Part shown: piece by piece, positions 45,860 to 56,804 of the stretch
Layout of the letters: each line of letters begins with the position of its first letter
Position numbering within the stretch: position 1 is the stretch's first letter
Assembly: GCA_965223295.1 (NCBI GenBank)
Contig: CBDCWC010000002.1
Location: 736,001-800,000, forward strand
Length of the DNA: 64,000 nt
Source: Nitrospirales bacterium
GTDB lineage: Bacteria; Nitrospirota; Nitrospiria; Nitrospirales; UBA8639
Direction of reading: 5' to 3'
The notes under the pieces: model-generated
The model's input: only the letters and a program-made list of their open reading frames with translations
Databases searched by the model: none
Told to the model about the DNA's origin: nothing
Made by a program: the position numbers and the translations under genes

Positions 45860-47251
45860 ATGCAATCCAGATCAACTCCTTGCTTTGTCGTCATGTGCAT
45901 TCTGGCGCTTTTGACCATCCAGGCTACACTGATTTGGTCTCAAGAGCCTCCGGCTATTAATGAGGCTCCATCTGAAGTCTTACCTCAAGATCCTGCACAA
46001 GAAATTTCTGTTGGACCAGATAAAGTCGAAGATGCGTTAATAGAAAACCGTCTTGCCGATGTCTATCGGCATATACCTGAACTTGCTCATATCAAAATCG
46101 ACGTGAAGGCCGGGGTAGCTAGGCTCGCAGGAAACACCCTTTCGAAAGAATCCCATCAAAAGGCACTTGAGCTCGCCCAACGGACGGAAGGGGTCGTGAG
46201 TGTGACGGACGATATCACACAAAAACGTGATATTCGTAATCGACTGTCAGTCGTTCAGGAAAAATTGATGACTCAGATCAACGAGTTTTTCTCGTATATT
46301 CCACTCCTGATCATCGCCTTGATCGCTTTTCTTGCTTTTTGGTTCCTCGCATCATTTTTATCTCGTTGGCAGGCTCCCTATAGAAAACTCACGTCCAATG
46401 TATTTTTGCAGTCTTTACTCAGACAGACCGTCAGAGGAGTAATTCTCTTTATAGGCTTTATCGTCATGCTAGAAATCTTGGATGCGACAGCCTTATTAGG
46501 CACCATCGTTGGAGTAGCCGGCGTGATGGGCCTCGCCGTAGGATTTGCCCTTCGAGATACTGTTGAAAACTATATTGCCAGCATCTTACTCAGCCTTCGA
46601 CAACCCTTTCGGCCAAAAGACCATATTGTGCTTGAAAATTACGAAGGACTGGTCATGAAGCTCACATCTAGAGCGACTATTCTCATGACGCTCGATGGAA
46701 ACCATGTGCGAATACCCAATGCCACAGTTTATAAAGGTATTATCCTGAACTACTCCCGTAATCCAAAACGTCGCTTTACCTTTGAAGTAGGGATTGATAC
46801 GGCCGTCGCCATTGAAGCCGCTCGCCAACTTGCCATTAAGACGTTACGACAAACCCCAGGTGTGATTCCCGACCCGCCAGTTCGATGCTTGGTAGAAAAA
46901 CTCGGTGATTCAAATGTGGTGCTCAAGATGCTGGCGTGGACAACGCAAGATCAATTTGATTTCTTAAAAGTGAAAAGTGCGGCCATTCGAGATGTCAAAG
47001 AAGCGTTTGATCTCGCAAATTATGAAATGCCAGAACCCATCTATCGCCTCAAGGTACAAGGGGTATCGCAACTGGATTTCCAAGCCGATTTAGAACAAGA
47101 TCAACCTAAGCAGAAGATTGCACATCCGCCAATCACCCAACCGAAGCACGATGCTGACGTGTCCAAAGACAGCCACATTGCTGAACAAATTTCGATGGAA
47201 AAAGAAAGTCAGCAAGATGAAGAGGTAGATTTATTAGATTCTGGAAAATAA
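45860..47251 (+). CDS. BON-domain + MscS mechanosensitive channel
   Basis: N-terminal BON; GFALRDTVENYIAS, LRQPF, IPNA. Confidence 0.9.
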   Translation: MQSRSTPCFVVMCILALLTIQATLIWSQEPPAINEAPSEVLPQDPAQEISVGPDKVEDALIENRLADVYRHIPELAHIKIDVKAGVARLAGNTLSKESHQKALELAQRTEGVVSVTDDITQKRDIRNRLSVVQEKLMTQINEFFSYIPLLIIALIAFLAFWFLASFLSRWQAPYRKLTSNVFLQSLLRQTVRGVILFIGFIVMLEILDATALLGTIVGVAGVMGLAVGFALRDTVENYIASILLSLRQPFRPKDHIVLENYEGLVMKLTSRATILMTLDGNHVRIPNATVYKGIILNYSRNPKRRFTFEVGIDTAVAIEAARQLAIKTLRQTPGVIPDPPVRCLVEKLGDSNVVLKMLAWTTQDQFDFLKVKSAAIRDVKEAFDLANYEMPEPIYRLKVQGVSQLDFQADLEQDQPKQKIAHPPITQPKHDADVSKDSHIAEQISMEKESQQDEEVDLLDSGK

Positions 47252-47257
47252 TCCTCG

Positions 47258-48746
47258 GTGCAGATTTTTCCCCAACGTGTGACCTTTCTCGTCGATGCAA
47301 GATCAGCTTTAACTTTCCTTACTCGTGCTCCAGCGCTATTGGTTAGACGACAGAAGGTGCGTCGAACAATCGCTACATGCTGCTTTCTGCTTATTTTGTT
47401 TGGCGCCCCTTCTCTTTCAACATCATCTGAAGCCTCTCCGGAATCTGGTGAACGATCCTTCACTGATTATTGGAATGACTTCCAAACATACATGAACGAC
47501 AAAGGTGTGATTCTCCAGACCATCAACACACTAGATTTTCTAGGAAATACATCAGGAGGTTTACGTCGAAAAACCGCAGTTGCTGGTGACCTGGATTTAT
47601 TGCTGATCCTCGATGGCGAAAGATTTTCTAGGTTGGAATGACGCTACACTTTTTCTGTATGGACTCGGTGTGTATGGTGACGATCCGAGTCAAAACATCG
47701 GAGATGCTCAGGCAGTCAGCAATATCGCCGCGCCTAATGAATGGAGACTCTTTGAAGCCTGGTATCAGCAAAATTTCTTTCAGGGTCGTATGTCACTGTT
47801 AGCCGGCCTGTATGATGTGACTTCCGAATTCGATGTCATCAGATCATCGTCAGAGGTTTTTTTGAACGGTTCATTTGGAACAGGTCCTGAATTCGCTTCA
47901 AGCGGTAAAAATGGTCCATCAACCTTTCCAGTGACATCTTTGGCGTTTCGAGCCCAAGCAATCCTGAGCGATAACATCATGGTCCGCGCGGTTATTGCTG
48001 ATGGTGTTCCAGGTAATCCCAAGGATCCTGGCGGCACTCAAGTCATAGTGCGTAAAGCAGATGGGGCATTTATTGGAACAGAGCTTACTTTTTATCAACA
48101 CCGAAAAAAAAAGAAGAGAGATGCACAAGAAATTCTCAAACAACGCCCATTTCGTCTCGCCTTTCAACGGGTGGGACGAGCGGCTCCCATCGAGTATCAG
48201 GGGAAATATGCTCTCGGACTATGGGGTTATACTACAGACTTCAATGATCTCAGCGATGTCGATGCGACTGGCTTACCCCTGAAACGAGAGGCGACCTACG
48301 GTATATATGGATTAGCTGAAACAATAGTTTATCATGAATCTCAGGATAGAGAACAGAATCTGACCTTATTTGCCCGAGTTGGATTTGCTGATCCAAGAGT
48401 CAATCGCTTCTCGCAGTATTATGGAGGAGGTTTTGTCTATCGAGGTCTGCTTCCGAACCGTAATGATGATCAGATTGGGATTGGCGTCGCTGCCGCATTG
48501 AACGGAAGTCATTTTAAGCAAGCACAGCGAGATGCAGGAGACGCGGTAGATGATGCAGAAATTGCTCTAGAAATGACGTATGCCATCAATGTAAGCCCAG
48601 AACTCGTTATTCAACCGAATGTGCAATACATCATTAATCCAGATACGAATCCAGCCATCAAAAATGCCTTCGTCATCGGTGCAAGGTTGCAGCTGAACCT
48701 GAATTGGTTCGAAGGGCCAACTACATCTGTAGAGATTCAAAAATAG
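47258..48746 (+). pseudogene. OprB-family carbohydrate porin, frameshift in the T-run at 47624-47627
   Basis: LDGERF|LGWNDAT joined across an extra T; VSNI.A..RLFEAWYQQ, EFD, QPNVQYIINP. Confidence 0.82.
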
Positions 48747-48810
48747 ATGCCAAATCTCTTCCCCTTTCAAAGAAAACAATATGAATTGCAGATAGTTCTC
48801 TCCTTCGTAT

Positions 48811-49662
48811 TTAATTCAGTTCTTTTGTGGGATAGGAAATGCCCACAACCTTATCATGCCGATCGATTAATAGGGTCACATCCATTCCTTTAGAAAGTTT
48901 GTTTAAATCGTCCTTCACGAAATCCCATATGAGAAATGAGATCGTTTGATCGTCTTTTTTGATGGTCAAGTCTTGGTCACTTGGCTCCTCATGTACGGTT
49001 CCTTCCACGTGACGATAGACATTGAAAGCAGTGGATCGCGCCCAATCTCTTTCTGCGACGACATCCTTCGTGAGTGTGGCGCTTGCGATTTTATTAGTTT
49101 CGTCCAGTAAGAACAGCCCTTGGGTATCGAATGGAAGGGCGGCGACCTCGCTACGCGCAAGCGGACGTATGGAAAATGTTTTGACCGATCCATCTGACAT
49201 TTTAATCATGGCATGCTCGTGCCCGACTGGTAAGGGTTGGGCGAGAAAGCCTTTCATCACTTTGTGATGGCTGTCGATTTTCTTATCCAACAGATGGTAA
49301 TCCACAACATGGTTTTTCGCGTTCACGATAATTTGAACCTTGTCTTCATCCTTAAGAATAAACCCTTTCTCTCTTGCACGCTCTAAAGACAGATACCGTG
49401 GGCTTATTTCCCCCGTATCACCGGAATTGACTTTTGCATGGTCTTCCGCCACACCCTCTACCGTACCAGTGATGATCCTGTGATTTGGGATAAGTGAGTT
49501 GTGCTTCTGTTGATCGTTTCCGATCTGTCTCGGTTGAGCATGAGGTGTGGTTGAAGTTGGTTCTTCGTTACCAGCAGCCAGGCTGATGGAAATCAGAGAC
49601 AAGATAATATAAGGAATTGCCACGAAATTTAAGAATTTTCTTGTTGGGCGAAGCCTGAACAT
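48811..49662 (-). CDS. Exported protein with repeated OB-fold-like segments
   Basis: Signal peptide; three G.V/L...V.L.(I/V)(N/D)..NK(V/I) units. Confidence 0.65.
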   Translation of the reverse strand: MFRLRPTRKFLNFVAIPYIILSLISISLAAGNEEPTSTTPHAQPRQIGNDQQKHNSLIPNHRIITGTVEGVAEDHAKVNSGDTGEISPRYLSLERAREKGFILKDEDKVQIIVNAKNHVVDYHLLDKKIDSHHKVMKGFLAQPLPVGHEHAMIKMSDGSVKTFSIRPLARSEVAALPFDTQGLFLLDETNKIASATLTKDVVAERDWARSTAFNVYRHVEGTVHEEPSDQDLTIKKDDQTISFLIWDFVKDDLNKLSKGMDVTLLIDRHDKVVGISYPTKELN

Positions 49663-49692
49663 GGGATCTCTCCTTTAAATTTAAACCATTCA

Positions 49693-49726
49693 TTCGCCAG
49701 CCTCCCGTTATCAGGGGGCTGGCGAA
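49693..49726. terminator. Hairpin between two minus-strand genes
   Basis: TTCGCCAGCCTCC-loop-GGGGGCTGGCGAA. Confidence 0.5.
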
Positions 49727-49783
49727 GGCCTGGCAACCAATCTCTCTAGCAAGTTAAAGTATACAGTCGATTTGTATCTATGC

Positions 49784-50311
49784 TTACTTCCGTTGTTCAA
49801 CAGGCATACCTGAATCGACTGCATCAAGGGCAGATCCACCAGAGATTGCACTCATGGCTCGATCACGTTCTTGACGGATATTTGATGTTTCTTGTTGAAG
49901 AGCATCTCGCTCTTTCAAATACTGATCCCGCTCTTTAACTAATTGTTTAGTTTCTTGGTTTCCGTTTTCGTTAGCGCTCTTAGCCTGAATAGATCCGCCC
50001 TTACTAGCGCTGGCCTGAGCCTGTTGCGCTTCATCACGTTCCTTTTTGGCTTGATCACGTTCCTTTTCAGCCTGTTCTTTGCTTTTCTTAGCTTCATCTC
50101 GTTCTCGAATTAGCTGATCGCTCCATGTTGCGCCAAACTTTGCACTAGGATGTTTCTTAACGTCAGACATGCCACTAGCTGACGAGGGTGACGTGGAAGA
50201 ACCGACCGACTTGTCCATGGCCACAGCTAATTGCACCGCTCCTGATGCGACAAATAATCCACACATTGCTAACGCGAAAATTGGAGATTTACCCTTTTTC
50301 ATGATGACCAC
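49784..50311 (-). CDS. Exported coiled-coil protein
   Basis: Signal peptide; heptad (K/R/Q)ERD repeats. Confidence 0.7.
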   Translation of the reverse strand: MVIMKKGKSPIFALAMCGLFVASGAVQLAVAMDKSVGSSTSPSSASGMSDVKKHPSAKFGATWSDQLIRERDEAKKSKEQAEKERDQAKKERDEAQQAQASASKGGSIQAKSANENGNQETKQLVKERDQYLKERDALQQETSNIRQERDRAMSAISGGSALDAVDSGMPVEQRK

Positions 50312-50595
50312 CTTTCAATAGAAAATGACTGTTATTGGAGTTCATTGAATACTACTCACAAGTATTTATTCTAATTTGTGATCGTTTAATTTAAGTAACC
50401 TCCTTTCTTAACTTAAACGAGATAATTAACGGCTTAACGGTCAAGTTGCATACACTAAGGAAATTTGTCTTATGCAGATTTCTTCACCATCCAAACTCAC
50501 CATCATATTTTGATTAATTCGCAAGGAACACGACTACACAACATGTATGAATGAGTCATTAACTCATTCTAGCAAGATAAAAATGCGTCACTTAA

Positions 50596-50631
50596 TGGAC
50601 AAAAATGGGAATATACGTTCAAAGATGTCCA
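50596..50631 (-). promoter_or_regulatory. Island motif copy
   Basis: - strand TGGACATCT...TTTGTCCA, 36 bp; TGnTAGAAT 24 bp downstream. Confidence 0.75.
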
Positions 50632-50935
50632 ACGTTACCAGGCGTCTAAGGTGAGATCAGGCTGCCTCAACTCTCGACTGTACTGGGTTTTATCTCTATT
50701 TAAAGGAATGAAAATGTAAAGTATAAAGATGGTTGTACTCGTGCTGCAGGCAAGGAAAAGCTAGCACCTTTTAAAGGATTGATTCCTCAAAGGAGGTGAG
50801 GTGACTACATTCGAGAACCTTGGGAGGTTGAGAATGACTCAAGGACCTTGTATCTCTTCACAAGAAAGTTGAGAGGGGCAAGGCGAACTTTTAGGCAATT
50901 TCAGAATATAATCAGAAAGAATCGAGGGAAATACG

Positions 50936-50951
50936 CGGCACACGACCTGCC
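50936..50951 (+). promoter_or_regulatory. Possible sigma54 -24/-12 promoter of mgtE
   Basis: CGGCACACGACCTGCC = GG-N10-GC. Confidence 0.35.
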
Positions 50952-51008
50952 ATAAAAAAAGAGAAGAAGGTTCGCAAGCAAAAAGATAAAAAGATTGGAG
51001 AGCCTACT

Positions 51009-52358
51009 ATGATAAATTCTAGCCTGGAAACGTTGGTCGAACAAAAAGACTGGAGTACGCTAAAAACCCATCTTTCAACAATGCCGCCTCCAGAAGCGGC
51101 AGAAATTCTTATGCATTTAGCAAGAGCTGATAGAGTGCTCTTGTTTCACATGATCCCTCCTTCTCAATCGGTTGAAATTTTTTCTTATATCAAACCAGAT
51201 ATTCAGGAATCATTGTTAACAGAGCTAACCGACGAGGAAACTCAACAGCTTTTAGCGGTACTTCGACCCGATGACCGAACAGTCTTATTAGGAGGTCTGC
51301 CTCGAGAAACAGTTCCTCGACTTCTTAATCTTCTCAGTCCTGAAAATCGTCGTAAAGCTCGCCAGCTGTTGGGATATCCTGAAGAAAGCGTTGGAAGACT
51401 GATGACCCCGGACTATGTGGCGGTACTTCCCGAATGGACCATTGAGCAATCATTACGTCAAGTTCGAGAACGAGGCAAGGATAGTGAAACGATCAGCATC
51501 ATTTATGTGACTGATGCATCCTGGAAGCTATTAGATGCTCTCGATCTTGGGGTATTCGTCTTGGCCAATCCATCTGACAGGGTTGAGCAGATCATGGACC
51601 ACTCTTTTATTTCATTGTCCGTATTAGACGATCGGGAAGATGCGGTTCGAACAATGCAGAAATACGATCTTATCGCACTGCCTGTCATCAATAACTCTGG
51701 AATTCTTCTCGGTCTGGTTACTGCCGATGACGTACTGGATGTGGCTGAAGAGGAAGCGACGGAAGATATCCAAAAGGGAGCGGCTATTGAGCCGTTGAAG
51801 AGCAGTTATCGAGAATCTAGCATTGGAGCCTTATTTCAAAAACGAATTCCTTGGCTTGGAACCTTGCTATTGGTGAATTTGGTAGCGTCTGGAGTCATCG
51901 TCATGTTTGAAGATACGTTGTCTTCGGTTTTAGCACTAGCTTTTTTCATCCCACTTCTGATGGGAAGTGGAGGTAATACTGGAGCTCAGTCAGCCACCCT
52001 GATGGTTCGCGCATTGGCCACAGGAGATGTGAAGGTATCGGAATGGATCCGGGTAGTCGTCAAGGAAATTGCGGTTGGTTGTTCACTTGGTATTACGATG
52101 GGAATCGTTGTTGGCCTCATTGGAGTGTGGCGTGGTGACTATCTCATTGGATTAGTCGTTGGGTTTGCGATGACGGCGATTGTATTGGTGTCGAATCTTC
52201 TCGGTGTGTTATTTCCGGTTGTGCTGACGAAACTCCGTGTTGATCCTGCGGTGGCCAGTAGTCCGATGGTTACGTCCACGGCCGACGTCACGAGTCTTAT
52301 ATTGTACTTTTCCATTGCCACATGGATTTTACAAGGAGCTGATGGAATTGGCCTCTGA
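51009..52358 (+). CDS. mgtE: Magnesium transporter MgtE
   Basis: MgtE_N, CBS pair, GGNTGAQS, DPAVASSP.VT..AD. Confidence 0.95.
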   Translation: MINSSLETLVEQKDWSTLKTHLSTMPPPEAAEILMHLARADRVLLFHMIPPSQSVEIFSYIKPDIQESLLTELTDEETQQLLAVLRPDDRTVLLGGLPRETVPRLLNLLSPENRRKARQLLGYPEESVGRLMTPDYVAVLPEWTIEQSLRQVRERGKDSETISIIYVTDASWKLLDALDLGVFVLANPSDRVEQIMDHSFISLSVLDDREDAVRTMQKYDLIALPVINNSGILLGLVTADDVLDVAEEEATEDIQKGAAIEPLKSSYRESSIGALFQKRIPWLGTLLLVNLVASGVIVMFEDTLSSVLALAFFIPLLMGSGGNTGAQSATLMVRALATGDVKVSEWIRVVVKEIAVGCSLGITMGIVVGLIGVWRGDYLIGLVVGFAMTAIVLVSNLLGVLFPVVLTKLRVDPAVASSPMVTSTADVTSLILYFSIATWILQGADGIGL

Positions 52359-52415
52359 AGGTGAAGCGAGATTTCGTGCGTGACTTTCAATTCGGAAATA
52401 TTCGATCAAACTCTC

Positions 52416-52715
52416 AATCCACTGAAAGTGGCCACTCAGTGACGCGATGATGGACCAGGTAATGGCGAAGGGACATTAAAGATACGACAATCCACAATGC
52501 AACGTGTGCACGGTCCACATTATCAACGAGTCAGATTTAAACGAGTTATAAATTTCCTTAATCAAGTTGAGTTGAGCAAGGACGAGCAACAACAAAAAGA
52601 CTGTAGGCAATAGACTATAGTGAGGGATTCCGATTAACCCGACCGTGATCGTGATGTACATCACGCCCACTGCAGTAAATCGTGCCCAGTATTCCTTTGC
52701 TTTGTCTTTGCCCAT
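52416..52715 (-). pseudogene. Small membrane protein, paralog A, internal TAA at 52476
   Basis: MGKDKAKEYW...TITVGLIG...; past the stop reads IIASLSGHFQW as in paralog B; 3' end approximate. Confidence 0.55.
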
Positions 52716-53010
52716 GCAGGGCAGGGCCCTTTCTTCAGGTCTTGGCGCGTCCCCTCTTCGACTCTCAACAATACTTGTTTTAATACTCGTACAACGAGAG
52801 AAAATTCTATGTATTCTCTTAGCAAGCATTTTGATTTGAAATCTCAATCCCAGTCCAACTTCCCAACTACTCATAAACTGGGGGCAACTTTGGTCTCTGC
52901 ACACCAAACTATCGGTTACTGGAGGTCTTTATCAAAGAAGACCATAGACATATCTAGTCGAAGTTAAACGAGTTCAGCCGGCCACTTACTCTCCCGCGCT
53001 GGAAAATCAG

Positions 53011-54099
53011 CTAGATGCCAGCCGTGGCAGGAGAATGCGACGATGCTGTTCGAATAAGATTGTGGGTAAATCGTAACTTCTCGACGACTGGAGGAAGGAG
53101 AATTTCTGGCATCAAATCAATTAATCCCATTTCACGATTCATTTCGTTTAGTACAAGCCCCAGGCTTTGATAGGATTGAATCATTTTTTTCATCTGAGCT
53201 TTGGTCGGATCGACAGCATTTTTCAGGAAATTATGCCTTGCTGTATCTAAGACACTCACCATGGCAAGATATTTGGCAAACGTTTCGGCAAAATCTTCCC
53301 ATGGGTGCATCGTGGCATACGCACTGATGAAATTAGAATGCCAATTTGGTGGTGGTCCCTCTTTATAGTGTCGTTCCAGAGCGTGCGTATAGGTCGGGTT
53401 TTGATAGTCCCCAAATATCTGAATAAATTGAGCCTCTTGCTGATCTTGTATCAACAGTTCCCAATAATAATGTGCAATCTCATGTCGGAAGTGACCAATA
53501 ATGGTCCGATGGGCTTCTCCAAACGAAACACGTAATTTTTCACGTTCTACATCTTCAGCCTCTCGAAGGTTAATCGTAATTTTTCCGTGAAGATGACCCG
53601 TATGAACCTGCTCATGATCGCCCATTGTCTTCCACTGATTACCAGAGAAATGATTATCGGCCTTGAAGTCAAATGATAGAGGGAGGTGAAAGCCGTCTTC
53701 AGCATTACCGTAAGGGAGTTTTAACAAATCCAAGGTATACAACAGACGCCTCTTCGCGGTTTCTAGGCGATACCAACGTTCTCGGTTTCCTTCTACAGAC
53801 AGATCTGGAATCGTTTCATTGTAACGGCAATAATCACACAGTCTGGTGCCGGATACTTCATTGGGATTAGCCAACAGACACCGATTGCATACGTGTTCAA
53901 CGTGATAATTATGGCATTTAACGAGTGGTGAATGACAATCTCCAAATCCACATTGAAAGGTTCCATCCGCACGGTCGAGCAACCCGTTCAGCCGCTGGCA
54001 TACCGGGCACCAACCAACCTGAGAACCACAAGCCACACACTGCGTATTTTCGAAAAATAAAACATTGCTGCAATGGCAGACAAATCTATTCATATACAT
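53011..54099 (-). CDS. Zinc-ribbon + putative zinc-binding metallopeptidase
   Basis: Cys-rich N-terminus; GHFRHEIAHYYW; YATMHPWEDFAE. Confidence 0.85.
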   Translation of the reverse strand: MYMNRFVCHCSNVLFFENTQCVACGSQVGWCPVCQRLNGLLDRADGTFQCGFGDCHSPLVKCHNYHVEHVCNRCLLANPNEVSGTRLCDYCRYNETIPDLSVEGNRERWYRLETAKRRLLYTLDLLKLPYGNAEDGFHLPLSFDFKADNHFSGNQWKTMGDHEQVHTGHLHGKITINLREAEDVEREKLRVSFGEAHRTIIGHFRHEIAHYYWELLIQDQQEAQFIQIFGDYQNPTYTHALERHYKEGPPPNWHSNFISAYATMHPWEDFAETFAKYLAMVSVLDTARHNFLKNAVDPTKAQMKKMIQSYQSLGLVLNEMNREMGLIDLMPEILLPPVVEKLRFTHNLIRTASSHSPATAGI

Positions 54100-54164
54100 C
54101 TATCCTTTCTTTCAACGAGTGAGTTCTACCGTGCAACTCATAGGTTCCAAGTAGAAAATACACA

Positions 54165-54467
54165 CTACACCCATTGGAAGTGACCGCTCAGTGAAGCGAT
54201 GACGCCCCAAACAATGGCCACAAGACCCAGGAGCTACGGCAAGCCATAGCGCACAACTTGACGAGTCTGGATCATCTTTGTGTTCGGTTCAAATGGATTG
54301 TATAGTTCTTTAATCGAATACAGTTGACTACACACAAATAACAGTAAAAAGCCCGCTCCCCATCGGTTGTAGTTAAGTGGGCCCACCAACCCTACCGTGA
54401 TCGTGAGATACATCGTTCCCACAGAGTTAAATCGAGAGCACCACTCTTTTGCTTCATCTTTGTCCAT
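54165..54467 (-). pseudogene. Small membrane protein, paralog B, internal TAG at 54234
   Basis: MDKDEAKEWC...TITVGLVG...YGLP*LLGLVAIVWGVIASLSGHFQWV*. Confidence 0.55.
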
Positions 54468-54542
54468 ATGAGTGCAACGTGTAACTTTTAGAGCATACTA
54501 CCAGGACACATTCAACATACTATGGATAGACAAACGATTTTT

Positions 54543-56045
54543 TTAACGTCTACTGAATACACTCATAAACGGACTCAAGATCAGCACAAGCACCGCTAAA
54601 ATTTCGAGCCGTCCCATCCACATCAGCAGCATCAACGTGGTCTTTGCCATACCTGACAGATCAGTGCTCGTGATACCTACACTCAGACCAACCCCCCAAT
54701 GCCGACGTAGCCTCGAATAAAATTTCATATAAGCTATATCGATCGCCGAGCACAACAAAAAGGATGAGTGTGCCGGTGACCAACGTCACCATGTAGAGGC
54801 ATGCCAACAAGGCAGCGGAGCCCACGCGACGCATCGCGACAGCCTCTTCCACCTCTTCCCCATCGTAGAAATACTGTTCTTCATGCTCGTCTTTGATCCA
54901 AAAGCTTCGGAGCCTCCAAAGCATGGCTTTATATAACCACGTCACTCGGCTCACTTTTAGCCCATCAGTTGTGGAACCGGCCATTCCCCCGATAAACATC
55001 CCGGGCGTGAGAATGAACAGTGCGGGTTGGGACCACATGGCAATCTCCACAGAGCTAAATCCGCAAGTGCCTAGTGCGGAGGTCCATTGAAAGAGCTGAT
55101 CAATGACTGACTCTTGGACATTTCCTACAAATTGCATCGTCAGTAAAACAAGCAGTCCAGAGACAAATAACACAAGAAATGCTCGCAATTGAGATTGTTG
55201 AATCACAAATCGTAGATCACCTCGTAAGAGTAATGCATGATGAATCGGAAAGCTTATGGCTCCAAGCATCATGATGAGGATGGCCGCAGATTTGACGACA
55301 TCGTCATGAGCCCAAAAACTGTGTGAGGTGATGGTGAATCCTCCAGTGGCAATGCCGGTCATCCCATGGTTAACAGATTCCCACCATGGCATACCTGCAA
55401 AATAGAACATTCCGATGGCTAGGAGCGTATACCCAACAAATAGCCCCCAGATTCTTCGAGCTGACTCTTTGATGCTGTCACCTAATTGTGAAGACCGTGT
55501 TTCAGCGGAGTACAGGGCATAGTTATCTTCAGACGGTTCGATTAATGCCAAGGCCAAGACAATGACCCCCACGCCACCTACCCATTCATTCACACTACGC
55601 CACCACTGAAGGCTCATCGGCAACTCACTTGGATCCTTGGTCATGATCAGACCCGTGCTCGTGAATCCAGACATTGATTCAAACAAGGCGTTCAATGGGT
55701 GACTGAAGGCACGGGTGGTCTCACTCAGTTCATTGCCCATATGTGCAGCCATAAAGAACGGAAATGCACTGAAAATGCGATCAAGAGCCAGCCCAGTGCT
55801 ACGACAATCATGGGCTGAGATGAGGGGCTTGGGCCACCTTGAGGACAACAGCGATAGAGGAGTTGTCCGCCACCAAGGCCCAGCAGCACCGAAATCAGAA
55901 ACCCTGGCAGCGTAAACCATTCTTCAGATCCTATGACGATGAAAATGTTGACAAGCGCCATCGCACCAGGGATCGGCAATAATAGACCTAGATCATGGCC
56001 AATCGCCGTCAACGAAAGTGGATCATTATCGTGTTTCATATGCAT
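54543..56045 (-). pseudogene. trkH: TrkH potassium uptake permease, two frameshifts
   Basis: FESMSGFTSTG, ATGGF, GTCGF, FEATSALG, MWMGRLEI spread over three frames; breaks near 55772 (T-run) and 54692 (G-run). Confidence 0.85.
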
Positions 56046-56135
56046 TCATGAGGGTTCAACGAGGAATTCACTGGGAGGGAGAAGTATGCTCCTACAAAGC
56101 TGTTGTATTATGCTTGATACTTCCTAAATCTGTAC

Positions 56136-56171
56136 TGGACATTTCAGAAGATGCGTTCTGTCTTTTGTCCA
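56136..56171 (+). promoter_or_regulatory. Island motif copy upstream of hemerythrin 1
   Basis: TGGACATTT...TTTGTCCA, 36 bp. Confidence 0.8.
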
Positions 56172-56265
56172 TATCTCGTGCAAGCACCTCTATGTTGTAC
56201 TGAGAATTAATCGAGCTTCATTATTTCCTAACTATCTCAATCACAATTACTTCAAGGAGTAACAC

Positions 56266-56694
56266 ATGGACATCTTCCAAACGCTGAAAGTTGATCACCA
56301 GGAAGCTAAAAAGTTATTTGAGGATCTCGAACAGACTTCAGACAAGGACGATAAGACTCGCGACAAGCTTTTTGGGGAACTCAAAGATGCACTCGAAGCC
56401 CATAGCAAGGCGGAAGAACAAGTGTTCTACACACCGCTCAAGCAGCAGGAAGAGACAAAAGGAAAAATCCAACATGCCAACAAAGAGCATGAAAAAGTCG
56501 CGAAGACACTAGAAGACCTGGAAAACATGGATAAGGATGATAAACAATGGCTTAAGGATGTAACCCAATTGAAGGAAGACGTACAGCACCATGTCAAGGA
56601 AGAGGAAAACGAAATTTTTCCCAAAGCCCAGAAGATCTTTTCTGAGCAACAAGCTAAAGAAATGGCGATACAATTTAAAAAAGCTAAGAATTAA
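56266..56694 (+). CDS. Hemerythrin/HHE-domain protein
   Basis: LK.DH, HSKAEE.VFY, EH, HHVKEEE..IF. Confidence 0.9.
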   Translation: MDIFQTLKVDHQEAKKLFEDLEQTSDKDDKTRDKLFGELKDALEAHSKAEEQVFYTPLKQQEETKGKIQHANKEHEKVAKTLEDLENMDKDDKQWLKDVTQLKEDVQHHVKEEENEIFPKAQKIFSEQQAKEMAIQFKKAKN

Positions 56695-56804
56695 ATCGTA
56701 CTAAACACGTAATCTGAAACGCTGTGGTTACAATGTAAAGGTGGCATACTCAGCCTTCAAATAAATGATGTGTGTATAGAACGTGGAAACTTTAAAGAAA
56801 GAAG

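Noticed and set aside
44021-50471. Lone half-sites (TAAGACAAA near 44023, AAATGTCTG near 44861, TTTGTCTT at 50464)
   Set aside because: No partner at the 36-bp distance
50780-50900. M-box (ykoK) riboswitch upstream of mgtE
   Set aside because: Only AGGTGAGG matches; other conserved elements not seen; would need an Infernal/Rfam search
54459-54552. Extra motif candidates (TTTGTCCA at 54459; TAGACAAA..AACGTCTA at 54527-54552)
   Set aside because: The first has no partner half-site and is the MDK start of a gene; the second spans 26 bp rather than 36
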